Positions 25,301-36,938 of a stretch of 64,000 bases of DNA are shown here, piece after piece. The position numbers were made by a program, and so were the translations under genes. Below the pieces are notes generated by a model, which worked only from the letters and a program-made list of their open reading frames with translations, had not been told where the DNA came from and ran no database searches. The stretch's first letter is position 1. Every line of letters starts with the position of its first letter. Origin of the DNA: Amoebophrya sp. A120 (lineage: Eukaryota > Protista > Dinoflagellata); the NCBI GenBank assembly GCA_905178155.1, contig CAJINV010000005.1:2730054-2794053 (forward strand), read 5' to 3'.

Positions 25301-28300
25301 GAGTTCTACAAACTGCAAAAATTCTCCCACGCTTTCAAGCTCGCGATCGCCCGGGAGCAGAAATTGATGTGGAACGAAGCGCTTTTGCTCGAGAAGCGGA
25401 ATAACCAGATCTTAGAGCGGATCCGGATGAGCACAACCATTCTGGATGGAACTACTGGTAAAGGTGCAGCGTTTCACTGCAGTGGCTATGGCGTCGGGAT
25501 ACCTGCTGTGGCGGGCGGTGCGTCGGCGGCTTTCTCCCAGCGCCAACTTCAGTTGCAGCAGCAGCTCTCGTCGCAAAACGGTGCGTACTATTCCCAGCAA
25601 CTTCAAAACTCATCTGGTGTAGCCCAGCCAACTACTCGGTCGCGTGACCAGCACGGCTCTTTTGAGATCGAAATGAACATCCAGGGGGCGGAGGAAGGCG
25701 ACGCGTTGATGTCGTCCCGCGGAGATGCGCTGATGACAGAACAAGTTGCAGCACACCAAGCCCAGCCAGTCTCAGACACCAACGACGGACGGCTGCGCGA
25801 TTACCTATTACGGGACGAGTTGTTGGGGGGCCAAAGGCCTGCTACAACAGCGGGCGACCACGGTCAGTACCTGCTCGCGCCATCTCCTACTTCCTCAAGT
25901 GAAAAGGCTATCGCGATGCGGGTGTGCCGTCCCAGCCGCGCGAGTTCTTCCGGTTTCAGTCGGGCCAGCAGTAGTTCGAAGAAGCATGTTGACCTTGAAC
26001 CGGAACTCACTCCTTCACCCCCGTCCGACCTTTCGAGTGTGGAATCTCTGATGCGCACACGCGACAACCAGCGCCGGATGAGCAACTGCTACGAAATGAT
26101 CGGCTACATGTTTTTCACGCAGCCGCGGATTCTGCAGTACTCGAAAGCAGTCATGCGACGCCGGGAGATGACGCAAATCTTGCGTTTGAACGGGATAAAG
26201 CCAATCTTGTTGAAAAAACGAGTTTTTCATAAAAACAACGCGTTAATGCAAGTGCAACAAGGTCAAGCACAGACTGCTAGTGGTGCGCAAATGCTCGTGC
26301 AGCAAGGCAGGGTTCCTGATGGTGCTGGCGGTGCTCCAAATCAGTCGCAGTCTTCACTAAAACGTGACAAGACAGCGATAAAAAATACCATGAACCTGAC
26401 AAGTGGCCAGCTGTATCAGGCCCAACCTCCCGGTGGCGGTGCCGTCGCAGAAGCCGCTCTGGGCCCGCCGCTCACCGAGCCTCAAGGAAATAACCAAAGC
26501 CAGCAACAACCGAACCTTGCTCACCAAGCCGGCAGCACCGTCCCGCGAACCAGCCCAGCGTTGTCTGCTGGCTCTGGGACAACTGGGACATCAGGCACAG
26601 CCTCTAGCAGGTCCTTAGCAACCACGACAACTTCCCTCTCCGGCAGCGCAACCACCACCAACGCGAATCTCCACCACGGAACAAGTAGTAATAGCAACAG
26701 CCGCAATCTGCGCCACCAGCAACAGCAAAACCGTATGTTCCACTCCCACCCGTTTCTCTACAGTTCGGACGCGGAAAAAGGGATCAATCGGGTGATTCCG
26801 GAGGAGGACGAGGAGGATTTGCTCCACCTAACGCCGATCGCCCAGCCCACCATCGTCCAAAACCTCCGCGCGTTGTCGCAATCGCCACGGGATGGGGAGG
26901 ACGAAGCGACCAGAGGTGCTGGGGGTAGTACTACCAATACGTCTCGTGCTACGCCGGTGCAGCTGGTGGAGCCTCTGTCAAAATCCCCGGCGGTAGCGAA
27001 TACAACGTCGGTAAAACTTCTACCAGGGACGAGAAGAAGCGAAACCGGCGGCGCGAGTGGCGGGTCCAGTGCTTCTAGTTTATCCTCCAGCGCATTGATT
27101 CATCCCAGCGGAGGAACAACCAAACCGGCTCGCGGTGGTGGTCCTACAAAAACTTTCGCGACCTCTATCTCCAGTCCGGTAATGCCGCCGGGCAGTTGCA
27201 GAGCAGTAGCTTCTGTTGCGGTTGTGGCTGCACCTACCGCCGGTGTAGTTTTGAAGTCTAGTCCGAGGGCGAGTTCGGTTTCGAGCAATTCAATCACCAG
27301 CACCAACTCGGACCCCGCCTCAAATCCGCGACGAACAAACGTGAATCTCTATGACATTCACAGTCCCGGTCCCGGCGTCGGCATGCCCTTTTCCCCGCCC
27401 GAACGGACCAGGCTGACAAGTCCGGTGGTGCCGAGTGGTCAACAACATCACGCAGCGCGTCAACTGAGACAAGAAGGCTCGGCAACCGATTCGGGAGCTA
27501 CAGCGAGAGCTGGTCTCCCTGTTGCCGCACCAGTGTTGAAAGTTGAGCAAGTAGGATCATCATCTACTGTGGGGAAAATGAATGTAGTTGGCGGTGCGGG
27601 TAGTAGTAATACGGCCGCCACGACCTCCGTTGTAGAGACCAGAGGCGCAGCACGAGGAAATGATGCTTCTAACGAAATAAGCAACGAAAATTGCTTATCT
27701 CTCACCGAGGAGCTGCAGCGTTGCTTGTGCCTCATCTCCCGTGTGCAATTCTACTACTCGCAGATGTCACCGCACGAGTTCCTGGGGCAATTTCAGGCTA
27801 AGTGGCTGCCAGCGCAAGGATTAGATAGCGACCACAAAGTGCATGCCCGAAGGAAGCGCGAACTGAAAAAGAAGCAGATTGAGGAGCAAAAACTCGCGGA
27901 AGCTGTGGCTGCGGCGAAGAAAAAGTTGCAGGAGGCGAAAGAGAAGGAAGAAGCGGCTCTTAAGGAGGCGGAGGACACGGCAAAAGAGGAGGAAGGGAAG
28001 AAGTCTGACAGCGAGGAAAATTCCTGTTCAAAGGACAAAACTGAGGCCGCTGACGGTGTTGAAACTACAGAAACAACTTTGAAGAAGAACACCGAAGACA
28101 CGCCAGCTTCGCCGAAAGCCGCGTCGACAACTTCTGAAAAACCTCCAGCCCCACAGGAGGAGCAGCTTCCCGCAGCAGAGACAGCGAAGGCGCCTCCTGG
28201 CCAAGGCATAGACAATCAAGGAGCAGCACAAGGTGGTCGTCCCCCTCAAGCTCGCAAACACGCAAGACTACTTCCAGCGACCATGCACGAGCAACTACTT

Positions 28301-29458
28301 GTCCTTGCGGTGAAAAAAGCCCGGGAGGTGGAAAACGAAAGGAAACAGCAGGTGGAGGCACGCCGGAATGCAAAAAGCGCGGCCGGCGGTGACGGTACTG
28401 AGGGGGCACAAGCAGAGAAGGGAGAAAACGCGGAAGCAGCAGGAGCGGCCGGTAGTTGTACGCCTGGTAATGCATCTGGATCCTCCACGGCGAAGAGTGA
28501 AATAAGTGCGGAACCGAAGATAAAGCGCGTGAACATCAAGGATGACATCACAGAGGCAGTTGTAGATATCAACATCTCAAACAAGTCCAAAAAGAAGGAG
28601 AAGCCGTCCGCTGGTGCGGATATGACCAGTAACGGTAGTACTCCGACGAACAAAGGCAAAACAAAACCTGAATTATCTTCAGCAGTCTTTACGAGGCTAG
28701 AGAAACTAAAGCGGAATCTCTTCCAGTCCATGGACGGGTGTTACGTGCACAAAACGATCAAAGACTCCTACGGGATGGGACTCCGCTACTTCAAAACGAA
28801 TGGGAGGGACATGCTGCGGCAGGAGCGAAAGAGGCGGAGAAGGCTCCGGAGAAGTAGAAAGCGGGCGGAGAAAGCGGCAAAACAACGCTCCACGACCTGC
28901 GCGTCGACATTGAAAGACCAACGCGAGAAGCGGAAAGCAAAACGAGACAAAAAACTGCAGTCTGAAGACAAAGCTAAACTGTTGCTGCAACTAGACGCTG
29001 CTAGCGCTATCGAGAGCGGCGCGCAATTATCTTCACCGCCCGGAAAAATAAAGTCGAAATCTCCCTTCCGGCCCTCGTACCTCCCCTCCGGACCGAAAAT
29101 CCGAAATTTCCAGCACGACACGCAGCACGTGGCGGAAAAAGTGCTCGGCGACAGTTCCTACCTGTCCCTGCGCCACTTCATTCTCTTCGGGTTAGCGCAC
29201 AACTTCTTGACGCGCATCCTCGAGTACCCGTTGGTCCGGCTGAAAAAAAACCTGCACCTAGTCCAGCAGCGTCCCGCGCGGCCGGGCGAAGAATGTTTTG
29301 TCGACTTGGACCTGTTCGTGCAACTTTGTGATGGCACCATGCACTTGGAGCGGATTGCATTGCTGGCGTATCGGGACGTTTCCCAACTGCGGCACCTGTT
29401 GACGCACGTCCTCCCGAAGGACCCTCGCGTGGACCGGGTCACGTTTTTACGAAGGTAG
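22389..29458 (+). CDS. NPRL2: GATOR1 subunit NPRL2/Npr2-like, ~2200 aa; exons 22389-22891, 23159-24347, 24539-29458
   Basis: Collinear NPRL2-type blocks: VVFDNARGP, YFCPDQKLCGQSI, GVPLYLESEAYDR, LARQFEALETELQFVS, DLTLFEVVPFINGLHNISQIA, LRHFILFGLAHNFLTRILEYP, LCDGTMHLERI. Confidence 0.85.
22892..23153 (-). mobile_element. Introner family A copy (reverse), 262 bp, in NPRL2
   Basis: Family A TIRs; TSD AAGCT; removal restores PDQKLCGQ. Confidence 0.93.
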
Positions 29459-31419
29459 AAGTAGTTGCGTCGTACTAGAATCAGAAAGAGTCGAAGCAGA
29501 AATGTCTCATATGTCTGAGACTGAGTCGCTCTGCTCGGACTGGTTAATTAAAGACGAAGGCAGTAGAGATCAATGAACTTGAGTCTCTGATATTTTACTG
29601 CGCAGCGTTGGTTTGTATGTGTTGAAAGCGGTTGCTCGCAAGGACAAGTTGTTGTTCAGATATTCAGACACAGAAACTTGTTTGCGTTCGAACATGAAGA
29701 TCCGGCTTTATTTCGAAATCACTTCTACATCCAGAAAGAAGGAGACGAAAAGTAGGTGCAGCCGCATATTACGCGGCATTCTATTTCAAGCACAGTCTCC
29801 TGGTTCCAGCACCAGCTCTGCGTGATCATGATACAGCAACTCGAGCTCTAGCATCCTCCGCTGCCGATAAAACAAGAAGATCATGTTGCGACTGAAACCG
29901 GCAATACCAATGCCGCCGTGGAAGTACAATTGCAATTCAACGGCAGCACAAAGTGTGCTGATTCAATATTTTTGTTACCAATAATTGCTCCAACTACCCT
30001 ACGACATATTTCACGATCTTCCATTTGCTTTTATCACAATTCAGGGACCAAGAAGGTGGTGGTTTTGAGTTTGACGCACTTCTGGGCGAACAAGCAGAGA
30101 TCGTCTATATTGAGTAAAACAAGTATACAACAGTAGTAGAATATTAGGCGCATAAAGTGTCGTTAGTACTCCTTACCACACTTTCTTTTGGCAGCAGAAG
30201 TATCTCGAAAGACAAAAATCATACTGTTGTTTTGATTGCGTGTGCCTCTCATAGGATCTAGCGCGCGACCTCGCTTCTGAAACCGGCAGCGGCGCACTGA
30301 GCTGCTGCACTTATTTACCCTATCTTTTTGGCCGAAAGCTCCCACCTCTGCTACCTGCTGTAGTACTAGAAATAAAGCTGCAGCAACTGCGTTATAGTAT
30401 CACGTGATTGGTTTTGCTTTCGATAATCACAAAGAGGCACATCAGATCAGCGTTTTACATGTATGCCCCCCTAACTTAGTCGCAAAGCATAGATATGCGG
30501 GAACGAAGAAGACGTCAGGGCCAAAACACCGCACATCACTTTCGTCCAGTAGAAGCTTGCTGCTGCGAAACTACAGAGCAGCTGCGATAATCGGCGAGTG
30601 AAGTGGTCGTGGCACACTTGCACCTCTTGGCCGTTGTTGCGGTTTCTGCTGGTTTTTCGAGTCCCCACTGGGCGTAGGAGGTGGAGGACGACTTGACATC
30701 GCTTAAGTTTAAGGCATCGCATCATCAGGACGACCGCTACAAATAAAGCAACTCGGTACAGTAGGCTGCCGTTTCTCGGAGCCACAAGCAGTTGTAGTGC
30801 GGAAATCGTCCGCGAAGCTTGTCCTATAACCACAGCAGCAATACACGAGCGACACAAGGACCTGCTTTGGACAACCCGACCCGCGGAAGGGAAGTTGAAT
30901 TTCTGCTGCGTCGTCTACAGCGCCTCAGACGCGGGTGGTATCACACTCGTTCGTGATTAAGTAATTACTACACCCCACACGCTGACAAGAACGGGCAAGA
31001 CCGAAGTAAAAAAAGCAGACCTCAAGAAGAGGCGACTTCCTGGCACTTGTAAGTCATCTTCGAGGGGGGGCGCAGCAGGTAGATCGACCAAGGCCTTCTC
31101 TTTGGCGTAACAAACGTCGAAAAAGAAGAAGTGCGACTCGTTCCGCCAGCCGGTTTCACAATTAGTAGCTTCTTCTTCCTCCATCTCCAAACAACCTCGG
31201 GACTAAAATAGAACGGAACATCAGCAAGCGAAAAAAACAACGACCGGTTGCTGGACGTTGAGGCTCAGGCCGGTGGCGTTCGCATTGGCGTTTCGTTTTC
31301 TATTGTTGTCGGGATCATATTAGCTTCGCAAGAACCATTTCAACAACAACCGTGCCTGGCAGAACAACACCAAGCGCCACCGCAAACTGAAACTGTGCGA
31401 ACACAATCAATCAGCAACC

Positions 31420-34400
31420 ATGTCGCACGGTACGCGGGAAAATTACCAGGACGTCTACGGCGAGGTCCTCGATTATGCAAAGGAGCTCTTCCGGGTCCTG
31501 TCCCAATCCGGCGGACCCTTCGCGCCGATCGACAACATAAACCCAAACGACATACACACGCTGGCTCACAGCGTTACAGGTATAGAAATTGCATATGAAT
31601 TACTTTTGCAGCCAAGCTAGCACCATAAAAACAGCTCTAATTTTGTTTAGCAGTTTGTTCTGTAATATTTTTCGTCATGCTCCTCCATGGCTTTTGTCAT
31701 GGAAAAGAATCAAGAACTTCAACTCACTTTTTCCACCCTAATCTTCAGGTATGCTCCTCCACATGAACTGGACCGAAATCGCTGGAGAGAAGCTTCCCGA
31801 CCGATGCAACACCATCAAGGGGAAGATTCTCGAGGCACTGGGCGTCTTCCTGAAAATGAAGATGAAGGGCGTCGACGAGCTGATCCCGCAGGTCTGCCAG
31901 GAACTGGTAACGTCGCGGGCGGAGAACGTCGTAAGGCAGTATCAGCAGAGGATACAAAATATCGTCGGCAACCTGACGAAAGCGGTGGAACAGCAATTGG
32001 CGATCAACACGAGTGTTAGCAATATGAATTCGACAGGAGCTTCAGGGAGTGGAACAAATCTTACAAATAAGAACAGCGCAAACCTCCAAAACACGCCTTC
32101 GACCATGTCAAATAACAGTTCTACCCCCGAAATCGCACTTGGCCAAGCAGCAAACAGCGCGGGCGGTGCGAGTGGGAGCACCACGCCGAGTGCGGCTGCT
32201 GACGGGGGAACAACTGCAGCTGCGAATGGCACAACTGGTGCTGCGGCCAATGGAAATAATAGTACAGCGGATCAACCAGCAGCAGAATCAGGCACAGCAA
32301 TAACATCTTCTAGTGCCGCGGTGGCATCAACAACACCTGCTGCGACAGAAGCGGAAGCCGGCGGGTCGACGTCGTCCACATCAAGTACATCACGGGCGAA
32401 CAATCCAAACGCGGTGGATCATGTGAAGAGAGTTTTAGCGCAGTTCCTGTTCTCATTCTGGCTCGATGTGCAGCAGCAGATTTCGCAAAATGCGCAGCCA
32501 CCGGCCGGAGAGATGCACACCATAGGAAGCATAATAGTGGGGAACATACTCCAGTCAATACCCGAGAAGGAAAACGACCTGACACCAAATACAGAATTCC
32601 AAATCAACCGGTGCAAGAACGTGGTAATTGATTTTCTTTTTTGGAAATAGTTGTTTTTTTCTATGTTTACCAGAATCAGAAAGGAATATTTCTATTTAGA
32701 ACTCACGTCCGTGTCCGACACCAGCGTCGATAGGGTTTTGTGGGTCTAGAGTTTAGGATATTTGATTTAGAACTCACGCTTACCATTCCGCATGGATGAC
32801 GGCGACCCACTGAACATCTCGCGACCCACACCAAAAAATGCAGGTCGAGCAGCTTTTCAGCACGCCCCAGGAGGTGCTCTGCTTGATGGCGGTTCGGCTA
32901 AATGAGTTAACTGCGCAGCTGATTCGACTATCCATGGAGCTTTATCACAGGACTGGGTATAATCTTTTTTTTGCGCTATGGCTTTATTGCTTCAGTGCCC
33001 TTAGTGCGCTAACGCGGTGATTTTTTCAAATTGAATTTGATTGCCGTGCTGCTACCTGCTCCTCGCACGCACCGGTGGTAAATTTCCAACGACGACCGAG
33101 AAGGAAGCTCCACCTCCATGATGAAAATCTCCTTCTACCCTTTTCAGATACATGGCCATCGAGACGTCGCGGCCAAAGATGCAGTCGTTTTTCCAGTACT
33201 ACACAATCGACACGACGCAAGCGGAAATGACTTCCTCACTACTGTCCTCTCACGCCGGCGCAACAGACGCGGAGTTCATCAACAGTGTTTTCAGCATTCA
33301 GCTCATAGATTCCCACAGCGGCCTGCTAGACTTGCTGAACACGGTGGATAGGCTCAATGAGACGCTCGTAGCAGTGGATTTCGAAGGTATAGAGTCTGTG
33401 TGTACGTCGTGATTTTTTCATGCAGTAATCTTTATTTTGACGATGGTGTGTCACGAATCCGACTCGTCTCAGATCAGGCATGGAACAGAAACACGATAAA
33501 GCTCTCCGTTCATGGTCGGCAAAAAAAAAAACAGGCGTAAAGCTGTGCCGGAGCGGTCAGCTCTGCCTGATCCAGCTTACCTTGAGCTATCAAATGTAAA
33601 AATGTCTGGGTCTGGAAGATTGCCAGGTTTGACATGCATATTTTGAATCACCCATGATGTCTGTGATGCATGCCCTAGCATCACAGATTTTTAGAGGACT
33701 TCGTGATGCCTCTGCCGCATGAGAAATGCCCTCTCGACGTAGCACAAACTGGAGTCCTTTTTCTGGTCATGCAATACAAATGTTTTTAGAATCCAGAGAC
33801 AGCATTACAAGTTTAGAATCTTCCAGACCCAGACATTTTTACACTTGATATGAGCCAGTCACCCACGATAGTGTACGTCATCGATGTTTTCCACCTGACA
33901 AATATTTGTGTCGCCGGGGTCTGCACAGCCAAGGGAACGTCATTAAAGACGATACTGGAGTCGGAAGCAATTGAGAAAGTCTGGTACTGAACTTTTGTTG
34001 CGGAAGCGGCGTTAATTAACACCGCATAAAGTTTGTGGTCATGCTATGTGTGCGTATCGCATGAAGCACAAGCCCCACAAACACGAAAACCAGGTTTGAC
34101 CCACGGAACGACGCCGATGCTTTGTATCACCAATTCGGCGTGTATCCAAAAAACATTTTCGATCTCCAGCTGGCAGAGGTGGCTTCCCGACGGTCGCAGG
34201 GACTGAATGTAAGTAGAACTTGTTGTTCATTACTGGTGGGATTTGTCTTGATTACACGACTGTGAACGTTCGCAGTTATGATTTGCCAAGCCTACGTTAG
34301 AGCATGAGCAAGCAGTCGTCGCGCATGTCAAATTTATCAAAACCTTCAGGTGGCCTACGTCCAGGGCCTCAACAAGGTCCTTTTTCACTGCAGCGCACTC

Positions 34401-34811
34401 GACAATACGCAGAAGAAATTCAGCGAGCACATTGGCGCGCTCGGGAAAAACCTGTTCGAGCCCGCGTGCGGGGGGGACTACAACATCTTCACCAAGCGAC
34501 CGCTGGACCCACAAATTCTGGTCTACAGCGCGCACGACGCAAGGTATGAGGAGTGTTGCGTACGCGTTCGGCGAAACCTACACATTTGATGTCTTTACTG
34601 GTACTCGAGTGGCATAAATCACTCAAAAAAAGAAATTGCTGAGCGCGCGAATTAAATCAGGTATATGCTGGAGCTGAGGACCCACTTAATCGAGAACATC
34701 AAGGACAAAGATAATTGGATTCCGCGGATCCTCCAGGCCGGCGGGCAGCGGGTGGAGTGGTGTTTGCTCCCAGAGTATTTCATCCCGAATTCCGACGCAC
34801 CGATGTTTTGA
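31420..34811 (+). CDS. EXD1/Egalitarian-like DEDDy 3'-5' exonuclease domain protein, about 9 exons
   Basis: Spliced translation gives VAVDFEG|VKLCRSGQLCLIQL, LKTILESEAIEKVW|FDPRNDADALYHQFG..FDLQLA and RPLDPQILVYSAHDAR (Exo I, II and III motifs). Confidence 0.85.
33588..33850 (-). mobile_element. Introner family A copy (reverse), 263 bp, in the exonuclease gene
   Basis: Family A TIRs; TSD TGAGC; removal gives IQLTLSQSPTIVYVID. Confidence 0.93.
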
Positions 34812-36938
34812 AGAGCGGTGGCGATCTGGGATGACGAGGCGAGCAAATTTTTTCGATAAAGTACAAATACAATACATCACGATTACGACATCAACATCAA
34901 CATGATCAACATATTCGCGACAAAAAAACGACGAGCTTTCTCACATTTTTCGCCGGAGACGAACGAATCCAACCGAATCCACTCTGCCTGTCCACGGTGA
35001 AACAATGCCTGTGATTTGCCTGCAGCTCTGGTATCACAATTCGGTTCGAGTTCATCTCGACGAGGAGCAGCGCAGAAATACTGTGAAGAGAAAGAAGCGC
35101 TCCCGGAAAATCAATCCAGCCTGCCCAGCCGCAGCGTACCACCGGCGGAAAGAAGCATAACAGAAACAAGGATGCAGACGCTTCTTGAATGGAGTCTTCC
35201 AGGACGATAAAAAGCGGCCGAGGGAAGAACATGAGCAGTTATCCTTTTCCCGAAGCGAGGCAACAACATCATGCGGGAGGTGGATCGTAAAAATGGTCAG
35301 TGGTTCGGAGGAGCAGATAGACGGGATTTGCACGGAGGTGAAACAGCGAGGGTTGCCGCGGCCAGGGAACAACTCGTCCACGTAAATTAGATCAGACGGC
35401 TTTCCCGCACGACATACCAATTGCCGGCCTGCTTTCCAGCAGCCTGCGCATTGTAGCAGGGCCCGCGGCTCCCAATTCTATCTGCTTGCTCCGTGGAAAA
35501 GTAAAACGCAAGCGCATCGGCGTGGTGCTGCGTTTACTAACAGCCAGGGCTGAAAATGACCGAGTACAGCCAAACTTACGCATCACCCGTGATCACATTC
35601 ACGTCCTGCTTTACTCGCGAGATCTGCTCCTCCATCATGTAACAAAAATTTTGGCAACTGCTGCTGTGAACCACATACTTATCAACGCTAAAGAATCAAC
35701 CAAAGTGGCTTCCTTGAAATACTTATTTCATACAGATTTGGTAACAGTATAATTCCTCACCGTATTTTTTTGAAAATAATTTATGCGATATGAATATCGT
35801 CTTCATCTCTACAACGTCATCTTTACACTTCTAGTGCTGGCGTCTTCTTCTGGCATGGTAAAGATTGCTAAACCTCCCCTCAGAAGTTTTTCAATTTTAC
35901 GACCATCGCTCTTGCGCGAGCTATTCTAGGGCGCAGAACGAAAGCGACAGATGAGGCGACTCCGACTCTCAGTTCTGATGCAAGGATCGCGAATAGCATT
36001 TTTTAAAAGGGAACAGAAGCACGACTCACTGATATCCTTTTTGCGCTGCCGAACTCGTTATCAGTTTGTAGTGACCTCGTTCTCACTGGTTGGGAAACCC
36101 CTCTCTTGTATCGGAAGGAGCAGGAGCACCTCCTCTCTATCTCAACATCCGCGGGTCCCTACTAGAGACCTCTTGAATCCCGAAGGTGAAGCACGCCGGG
36201 CTGCCCTTGAAGTAATCATGGTGAAAGAAATGAACGAGAGTCAGCGGCGTTTTGAATTCGATGGGCGAACTTTGGTGTATGTACGCGACAGATTCCGAGA
36301 ATTTCGCGATGTAAAAACAAAAAGCGACACGATAAGAAAACCAATAGCACAAAAATACTACTCCCCTCCTGTCTGACCAGCCACAGTGCTTCAAGACTCT
36401 ATTTTTCGTTGGGCACTCTCAATAGTGCTGGTTCTGGGTTTTCGATTTGTTGTAGAAAGAAATCTTGTTCTGTTCAACTCTGGTCGTGAAGTCGTCATGT
36501 TACTTGACAAAACCGACGTCCTCGAGAGCAGAAGCAGAACTCGTTCCTCTGGAGAACTACTCGAGTGTGTGAGCGATCACGCAGAAAGGCATCGAGTAGT
36601 ACCCGTTGTAAATTTAAGACAGCTCAAGAATACTTATTTAAATAAGTAGTATCTCTTGGTCCTGCTTCAAAAAGATAGAGAGAGTGAGAAAAGCGACTTT
36701 CATGGTTGGAGAGACAATGCGCATCCGCTCGTTGAGCTCTCAAATCCGCAAAGCGGTAGTCGTGGTCAATGCTGAGTCGGCAAATTATCCTTTTCATGTA
36801 CTCTGGAAAATGAATAATTTCAAAATAGTAGGAGCTCCTCTTGTATGATTTTGATTTTCGGTCATGTTCTTGTTCTTCTTGTATGATGATGTCAAATTAA
36901 CCTCCAAGAGGTAAAAGACACGACAACACAACATAAAA

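Noticed and set aside
12151-33850. Recurring peptides SNVKMSGSGR / IKCKNVWVWK / QTQTFLHLI as a protein repeat domain
   Set aside because: These are translations of the family A TIR in different frames.
35040-36376. Possible small multi-exon gene
   Set aside because: I could not build a consistent spliced model or recognise any motif.
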